From Mayamaea pseudoterrestris (lineage: Eukaryota), in assembly GCA_027923505.1 (NCBI GenBank), contig BROI01000002.1, forward strand, positions 992,001-1,056,000: a stretch of DNA of 64,000 nt, written 5' to 3'. The position numbers and the translations under genes are program-made. Below the pieces are notes generated by a model, which did no database searches, was not told the DNA's origin, and saw only the letters and a program-made list of their open reading frames with translations. Below are positions 56,243 through 64,000 of this stretch, one piece after another; position 1 is the stretch's first letter; every line of letters begins with the position of its first letter.

Positions 56243-59200
56243 ATGGCGACCCGCCGTCGCTCCTCAAGAGGATCTTCGCTTGATGCAGAGCGTACTATTG
56301 ACATCGATGATAGAGAAAATAGTATTGAAGCAGACGATGAAGTAAAGGAAGAAGAGTTGGATGAACCAGAGGAAGGGTGAGTTGAAATGTATCCAGCGGC
56401 GCACTGCTGCAACGATTGGATATGAATATCTTCTCACTTTCATCATCAATCTGAATACACAGTTCTCCTAATGACTCTCGCCGTCGTAGTACTCGCAATC
56501 GAAGCAAGGTTCTCGCTCGGCTTCCTCCAGACTCAGAGTCGGAGGACGAGGAGCAGGAAGACGCGAACGATTCGGATGATGATGGCGACGACGCTCCAGA
56601 GCTAATCAACAAGAATCGACGTACTGCGCCCAATAAACTAAAGATTTTAAGCGACAAGCAAGAAAAGACAAAGCAAAAGGCTTCTCATCGAGGATCGCCA
56701 CTTGCTGCGCTTGCGAAAAAATGTTTATTCGACGGAGAAGACGATGAGAATTCTCTTCTCGCGGCGCTCCTTCACAGCAAGGATATTTCGTCCCTTGCTG
56801 CAAGTGTCTTGCAAGACTACAAGAAGGACAGCAACGCGATGCGTATCCAACTTTTGAACCTGCTGTTTCGTAGCGTTGGATCGACTCCTGCCGCATGCCT
56901 TGACGCTGAGGAAATTCAAATTGACGATTTGGGAGACGATGAATGGCTTTCCACTATGACGTTTGTTTTCGAGCAGATGCAAACTGTACCGCTCGCCAAG
57001 GTTTTGCTACATTTGGATCCAACGAAAAACAAGAGCTTTCGAGAAGCGTATCAGGATTTCTTCTACCAGCTCATCATGGCGGCTTTGGATGACAACGATG
57101 GCATTTCGGCCGAACAAATCAATTCCGTCAAAGCCATAGTTGGGGTACTCTTAATTCTTGTCGCAGTTGGACAGCCCGACATGCGGCTCGGCGCAAGCAT
57201 GGCAGTATACAGCATGTCCAAGGCGATTCTTCAAACAACCAAGGCTTTAAATAGCAAGATTGACACTGCTAAGCGCCATTTGCAAATTGCCAAGCGAAAT
57301 AAAAGTCGCGTCAAAGCCAACACGTTGTCGGAAGAGATTGCTTCATGGTCAGAAGCATCAGACGATTTGCTCGAAACAGTTGTCGAAACAGTCATGTCCA
57401 GTGTTTTTGCCAAGCGAGTGCGCGATTCGGATCCGCACCTTCGCATCCTTTCGCTAGAGACCTTGAGAGACTTTTGTTTGATTCGACCCGACTCTTTTAT
57501 CGCGGGGCGATTTCTAAAGTACTTTGGTTGGTTTGCTCACGACAAGGATGCTGACGTGCGTTATGCGGCGCTGCATGGCTTGTTCGTTCCACTTAAGGCA
57601 ATGAAAGACAAGATGATTGAGTTTGACAAGGGCCCCGTCACCCACGTACTTGGGCGATTCCTGTCGCAGATTACAAAGCTCGTCTTCGACGTCTCAATCA
57701 CAAATCAAGAGCTGGCGCTGGAACTTATTTTACTTTTGCTGCGCGAGGAATACTTGGATAATTTGGATGACGCGGTGACTTGGATTCAAATCAACTCTCG
57801 GGCGCTTGCCGAAAATACAAGTCCTGCTGCTCGCAAAACGGCGCTTTGCTTCGTCATGGCGCAGTGTGAACCATTTGATGATGACCAAAATGTTGATGTT
57901 TACACGGAAAAGCGCGCTATTGATCAGATTGGGGCTCTTGCGGCATGGTACGTTATTAGTGGACGAACGACTCTGCAGGTGCGTTAAGTTTGATGTGCGA
58001 ACTGACTTTTTTCTTCTTGCTGGTTTGCAGGGCCGCTTCCATGCTTGCCAAGGGAGATGTTCCTCTCGATCAGGTCCGTTACGAGCTCGTGGACTACATG
58101 GTGCATTCACTTATGAGTCTAGCGGAGCATCGTTCGCTTGCAACAAACTGGAGCGCCTTGCTGAAGGCTCTTCAAAGCGAGGATCAAACTGGAGGGAATC
58201 ATCGAGTGTCTACTGTCAAACAACGCATTATAATGCGCATGTTAGTCACCGCCGCGGAGTTGGAATCGTTTATTGGCTCGGTGCAGACCTTTGACAAGTC
58301 AGGTGACATCGACCCAGCTTTGATTGAATTGGAGAAAGAACGTATTAAACATTTCGTTCTACTAAAGACGAAACCAGACATGAAGTCGCAGTCGTCGCAT
58401 CAGGATAATTTTGGTGACGTTCTCGCCACTTCTCTTCATCAGCTCCTTGTGCGATTTAAGGGAGATACGCACATTTTGCGGCAGCTCACGCGCTTGCCTC
58501 GACACTTCTCTGTTGATGTATTCAACATGCCGACCCAAAAGAAAAACTACACAGAAGTTATCCAGGATATATCCACATTATTTCTGGAACTGACTGACAC
58601 TGAGATTCTTGGAAACTGCGCTTTCGTGCTGACTGCCTTCGCTCGTGCAAGTCACAGCCGTGCCGGCGAAGCCCTACTGCAGCTCGCCCGCATTGCATGC
58701 ACCTTGCGTGACCGTATGCTGGAGCTGATCACTAAGAAGCGCGAGCTATCTGGTAAAGCTAAGGCATCCGAACTATGCGACGTTGAGAATTCAAAGGGGT
58801 TGTGCCTGCGCCGCCTGGCGATTCTCTCCAAGCGATGGGATGTTGCCGAATTGCTTGGTGACGGATCCAGCGAGGATGGCGATGCAGCCATTCGACGGCT
58901 TTGGAAACACGTCTCGAAAGATTTAGAGCTTGATTTGGCTTTGAGAATTGTCAAATGGGAACGAAATGAGGAGGAGGAGGTTGGCAGCATGCCGCAGCAT
59001 AGTCAGCCTGTGCTTTCCGATACATGGGGGTTTGAGGACAGTCGCCTGCACAGCTTCGTCGCCGACAATGTTGAGAATGGTCTGGTCTTCTTTTACTTGA
59101 CAATGGTTTGGCAGTTTAAAAAGTTGCTTGATCAAATTACCAGCGAGGACGAAGGCGAGACTGAGGACGAACAGTCGGGTGGCCATGTTTTGATCTATAT

Positions 59201-60965
59201 GCGCGATGAGCTTGTCAAGCTCATTCTTCTTTGTTTCGAACAAGATTTACAAGTCGAAGTACACGACGAAGGAACATTTTCGGAAGATCACGTATCGTTT
59301 GCGACCAACGTCATGATGGCCGCACATGGTCTTGCCGGCGACTTATTCTTGCTGTTTCCTCCTTGGATGCACGATGCTAAAAGTCTTTTGCTCCGCACTC
59401 TGGCGAGCGGTAGTGACCAAATGATTCGTGGGGTGATGGCCCGCTTTGTCGAGTCAATGGACGAGCTGGTGAGCAGCAACGGAGCATTTTAGTTTTTCAT
59501 TTTGATAGAGCTCACACATATATTTCCTGTGCTAGTTCCAAAGCAGCGCCGATGCAGAAAAAGAAGACATGGGGTTCGCACGAAGTTTATTAATGCCACT
59601 TGCTCGTTGCGCAAGTGTCGACCTGCTTGGAAAGACGAAATCGCGATCTAGTGGCAAGCTTCTACAATACTGCATGGGCTACGGCGACACTGCAGGCGCT
59701 ATTGCCGGAGAGTTGAATAAGCTCGGCAAGAAGGTACGAATTTGCTTGGGGCGAAATTGTCCTTATTTGCTTGACTCGACTAATTTTGATGTTGCTTCTA
59801 GCTCAATCCGCATCTATGTGTGGAAAATCAATACATGGTACTTCAAAAGGACTTCTTGAACTGGTGTCGCGCTGAACCTATTGATCCTGGAGACATGCCG
59901 TCCGAGAAAGAAAGCGAAGATCACGAAGCTGCAGTGCACGGGCACGCCGCAATGATGCACACTTTTGTTGCAAAGGCCATGCGAATGGCGTCAGTCTTCG
60001 GAGTCGGGAACATTTCAGACGATGTCTTGTCGAAAATTGTTTGTGAGCTTGTCATGACGGGTCTTCCCTCCGCTTTCAGTGGCGATAAAGTTGGCGCGCG
60101 ATTGCCGTTCCTTCGCCCAGTTTCAAAGTACCTCGTCAGGCTGAAAGGCAATACAGCGGCCTTGAAGTGTATAGAAGAGGAGCTTAACGACTTAGAGACA
60201 AAACTTCGCGAGACACTGGCGTATGAAGACTTGCCAAAGTACGACGTCGAAAGTATCGAAGAATTCCGCAAGGCAGGAGGGTTTCGCGCATTTCCAAGCA
60301 AGCGTCATGCACGTGCAAAAGAGCGTGCGGTTGATTCTGTCGCCACAACGACGCAGAACTCGAATGGATCTGTCGCTAGCAATTCGTCCTCTTGTATCCT
60401 CTCGTCGGTTTCTGAAAACGGCGACGAAGAAAAGGAGGATAACGATGTTCAATCGTCGGACAAGCGTAGACAATCTTCATCACCGCGCCACAATAGTAAA
60501 CCACTGAGTGATGATAATTCGACTGCATCACTATTGTCTGGCGACGGCATGATTTCAAATGACGAGGATTCTCAATCCGGCGCTAAGGTTCGCAAACGTT
60601 CAAATGAAGCAGCACAATACCTGTCGTCGAAACGTGCCAAGTCGGGATCTTTGGCGCCTAGTCTTGATGCTCAGACAACTCGCACACTTCGAGGCACGCG
60701 CTTGTCAACGGTCAACAGTCCCCTAAGCTCCACTCCAAGCTCTGTTGCTGCCGATTCAGTTTTTGACAGGAGCGATGGCTTGCCGACCATGACCGGAAAG
60801 CGTCGTCAGCACGGTTCTTTTGGTGGCCAGCGCAAGTCGAGCTCTACTATGGCGGAGTCTGTAGCCTTGCGTCCGTCTCGCCCCAGTCGAAGCAATAAGC
60901 TTGGCGAACTTTCACAGAGCACCATTCAGCACGAAGACAGCGGATGTGACAGCAATGAAGATTAG
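56243..60965 (+). CDS. SCC3: Cohesin subunit SCC3/STAG (5 exons; introns about 56377-56462, 57948-58030, 59469-59535, 59734-59801)
   Basis: LLNLLFRSVG; stromalin conserved domain VFAKRVRDSDPHLRILSLETL...FLKYFGWFAHDKDADVRYAAL; HEAT-like body and disordered termini. Confidence 0.85.
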
Positions 60966-61137
60966 TTGGCAAGCGGAAACGTTTATAGTGAGCGATAATG
61001 TGCCGAATGTACTTCAGAGAGTGCATTTATGCTTACGTGGGCGATCAGCTAGCGTTTCTCAAAATTACAGTCACCAACTAGATATTATATATAATAGTAT
61101 TTAAACTTTCCCTGTAAACGATCAAGGACACATATTT

Positions 61138-62574
61138 TTATTCCTCTTCCGGACTGTCATCCTCGTCAATGTCACTATCGCTTCTTTCTAGCACTTCGGT
61201 CGGGCTTTGAGTTCGATACGACTGTGCGCTGAATTGTGAGTGAAGCCCACTCCAACCAACCGAGTTTTGGGTTGACCCGGCGTCCATGGATGTTCCTGCG
61301 CATGTACTACCTGCATAGGTGTCATCAGTCACTGTCACGCCACCAGCAATGTCAACAAACTTGATCGCGTCGTGGCCGTCGCTGTCGCTATCCCCACTCT
61401 TTCGCAATGCGAAAATTGTGCCCGCTAGAACAATGAGAATTCCTGCTCCTGCAGCCGCAATTCCACCTATGGTTGCTGCCGACATTGTCTCAAACACGGA
61501 GCCATCTGACGCGTCCGTTACTGTAGTAGCAGGAATTGTTTCAAAAGCAACTGCCGTTGTTGTTTGGAAAATGTTGCTCGCCGGAAGCGCGGCCAGATCT
61601 GCCAGATATGTGTCAAGTTCTGGATTAGAAAAAGCTTGCAGCAACAACGCGTCTAATTCATCTACAGTAGGAGAAGTGTCAGAGGCTGGGTCGATGGTGA
61701 CTTCCGTGGTAAATGTGATATTCACAGGCTCATTTGGACCGACAAAGGAGAAGCTGTCTCTCGTCGTGTTGGAGTACAAGAATTTTACGGCTGATCCATT
61801 TGGAAAGTTTCGAGCCATTTGTTCATTGACGAAGCTGTCGGTTATTTCCGTGACACCAACGTAGTCTGTGTCGATAGGTATACGGCGTAGTTCAAGTGTG
61901 TAGCTGAGACGATAAGGTGTGGCAGCGATTGGACCAGCCTCGGAAGAAGTCGGCGCCGAACCAGACGATGGCTCCGTTGTGCTTATCGAAGAAGGTACCA
62001 CAGTATCAAGACCTGCTAAAGTCGGAACAGTACTTGGAGATGTAGCAGCCGTTGGAGTGCTTGGCATGGGTATATTCGTAGTCGGTGCTGCAAATGAAGA
62101 AGTGAATGTTAGTCTCGCAAGTGTAATTTGCATCGGCAGTATGTGGTGGGCGGTGGCGTCGTAATGCTACGTACCGGAAGGGGTTGCAGCTGGAGCTGGA
62201 GCGTGTATAGGTTCTTCACACTCCATAACATGCTTAGGTGCTTTAAGCGAATGCACTTTGTCCTTGCCAAGCGGTGGCTCTTTTGGCTCCTTGAGAGATT
62301 TCGGTGTTGGCGGGCAACCCTTCAATCCTTTAGAGGCACCCTTGACTGTTTTGGATGCACCTTTTACGGATGTGACCGCTACTTTCTTAAAACTCCCAAG
62401 GGGCATACTGAAACTCATCATGCTCATGCTCATGTCTTGTTGAAGGCTCCGCACAGCTTGCTCATCGATCATTGAGAGCATGGCGTTTGCGCGAGACGAA
62501 GAAGATACTAGCAGCAGCACCGCTATGGTCAGGATAGACATCGATAGATGAGGCAACATTCGTATACGCGCCAT
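61138..62574 (-). CDS. Secretory single-pass membrane protein, Lys-rich then Ser/Thr/Pro-rich (intron 62174-62088)
   Basis: Signal peptide (ILTIAVLLLVSS), RSLQ, KxxK repeats, APT/PS mucin-like stretch, TM helix IGGIAAAGAGILIVLAGTIFAL-RK and an acidic tail. Confidence 0.78.
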
Positions 62575-62806
62575 GATTACGAGCGAGTTGGTCGCAATAG
62601 TATATGGTCCTTAAAAGGTGCCCCATGGCACCATGATCATCCGATCCCGTCGCACGACAAGGACGACGAAAAAGTGGCGACCAAAATTCTTCGCATCCAA
62701 CGCTTAAAATGTGTACCGGTCGGACTTTCAAAGTCTGTACCGGTCAGACGCGTGACAGCATACATCATCGCATACATTTTCTGCCGTCACATTTTGTGTT
62801 GTCGCC

Positions 62807-64000
62807 ATGGTAACTCATCAATCGCTGCAGCCTTTCAGCTTGTTCCAAGAGGCGAATAACGCCAGTCAGCTTGTCATGGAGAAATGCGCACGTTCAGTTT
62901 TGCGCCAAGTCGTTCTGGAAAGTCTCGAGCAGCTCGTCAATCTCAACGAGCCGCAGCCGCAGCCGCAGGTAATTGTCACCCACGAACATTTATCCATCGT
63001 TCGACAACAATGTCGGAACCTAGCCGACGTATGGTGTAACAAGCTTCAAGAACGAGGACATTTTCAAGCAGCTGCGTCAGTGCGAGCAGTTGTGGAGCGA
63101 GAAGAAGACAATTTCTACTATGACGTCGACGACGATTTGATCCGACAACCGACAACAACCTCTGAAAAGCCAGCGATTGCCTCGCAAGAGCCATCAACAG
63201 TCACCGATGATATGCAAGTCCGATATCCAAGCAAAACTGCTCTTGCTCGTATACGTCAACTTACAAAGCAAGACATTATGAGACCCGAGCCGCAGGATAA
63301 AGATGCGCTGCTGGCTAGCGCTAATGAACAGCTCACACAGTATGGACAAGCGCAACAAACTGACTGGCCTTATTCGTGGAAACTCATTGAGCGCGCTGTC
63401 CAAAACATTCCTAATAGATTATACAATACGAAGCAAGGTACTCCAACAATCGAGCTGATCCCAAGGTCAATCTGGGAGAAGCAGCAGGAGCAGCTGCTGC
63501 TGGAAAGTGATCCTGATGTTATCGACAAGCCGGAGTACAATAACGAAACGAGACAACTCATTCTCCGACGACGACGAAGACGGCGCAGCACCAACACTCG
63601 CGACCAACATATTGCCAAGCGTTCAAGAGTTGCTTTACTCATTGTGGAAGAGACTCCACGCGTTGCATCGACGCAGCCAGCGCGAGTTCAATTATCGCTT
63701 AATTCGCATGATTTCGTCGATCATGACATTGATCAATACGTTCACGCAGAAGATGTATCTGCAACGGACCGTATCGACGCTTGCTTACTGGCACCTCTGC
63801 TGAGCATTGGCCATACACACTATACACGGCAAATGCTCGTTCATGCACCTTGTACAAGCACTTGGAGCAACCGGCAATGGAAACTTGCGCAGCGCAAGGC
63901 ACGCATGGAACGACTAGGTCCACATTCTGTGTGCAAAGATGCTGACGAATCCAGATCGAAAGTGAGACGGACCGTCGATGCGAATGGTGTGTTTTGGATG
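62807..64000 (+). CDS. Hypothetical protein, 3'-partial (not in the supplied ORF track)
   Basis: ATG at 62807 opens a stop-free frame of 398 codons to the window end (MVTHQSLQPFSLFQEANN...DANGVFWM). Confidence 0.65.
   Translation, partial: MVTHQSLQPFSLFQEANNASQLVMEKCARSVLRQVVLESLEQLVNLNEPQPQPQVIVTHEHLSIVRQQCRNLADVWCNKLQERGHFQAAASVRAVVEREEDNFYYDVDDDLIRQPTTTSEKPAIASQEPSTVTDDMQVRYPSKTALARIRQLTKQDIMRPEPQDKDALLASANEQLTQYGQAQQTDWPYSWKLIERAVQNIPNRLYNTKQGTPTIELIPRSIWEKQQEQLLLESDPDVIDKPEYNNETRQLILRRRRRRRSTNTRDQHIAKRSRVALLIVEETPRVASTQPARVQLSLNSHDFVDHDIDQYVHAEDVSATDRIDACLLAPLLSIGHTHYTRQMLVHAPCTSTWSNRQWKLAQRKARMERLGPHSVCKDADESRSKVRRTVDANGVFWM

Noticed and set aside
56243..60965. Functional link between the SCC3 or TEL2 genes and the nearby repeat arrays
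   Set aside because: Proximity of housekeeping chromosome genes to repeats in a eukaryote carries no mechanistic implication.
1..64000. tRNA, rRNA or autonomous transposable elements
   Set aside because: No cloverleaf, rRNA-like segment, or transposase/RT/integrase motif was recognised by eye. Small ncRNAs cannot be excluded without a covariance search.

Overview
Compact, intron-containing eukaryotic DNA with the hallmarks of a pennate diatom nuclear genome (inference from short ~65-160 bp introns, an ASAFAP-like plastid presequence and diatom-type ankyrin/MYND/RNI-like families). About 29 protein-coding genes can be supported: an RlmI/K-type methyltransferase (partial), WD40-like protein, PDK/BCKDK-like kinase, three ankyrin proteins, a spliced clavaminate-synthase-like dioxygenase::aldo-keto reductase fusion, ArfGAP, old yellow enzyme, two cyclophilins (one PPIL4), MYND finger, OSCA/CSC1 channel, METTL21-type methyltransferase, nardilysin/IDE, CrtI-type desaturase, TEL2, flavin-reductase-like protein, ALG12, TRIP4/RQT4-like, RPE, BTB protein, SDHAF3, a triple-(pseudo)kinase, SCC3/STAG and a Lys-rich single-pass secretory protein, plus two pseudogene relics. 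The main structure the genes do not explain is one 42-bp repeat unit (core GAAACGAGTGCCAGTG, plus CGTCA and AGGC) that forms three separate, co-oriented intergenic arrays 10-11.5 kb apart with no shared flanks. A near-palindromic CTAC(C)GTAG motif also recurs between genes. All assignments are motif recognition by eye; no searches were run.
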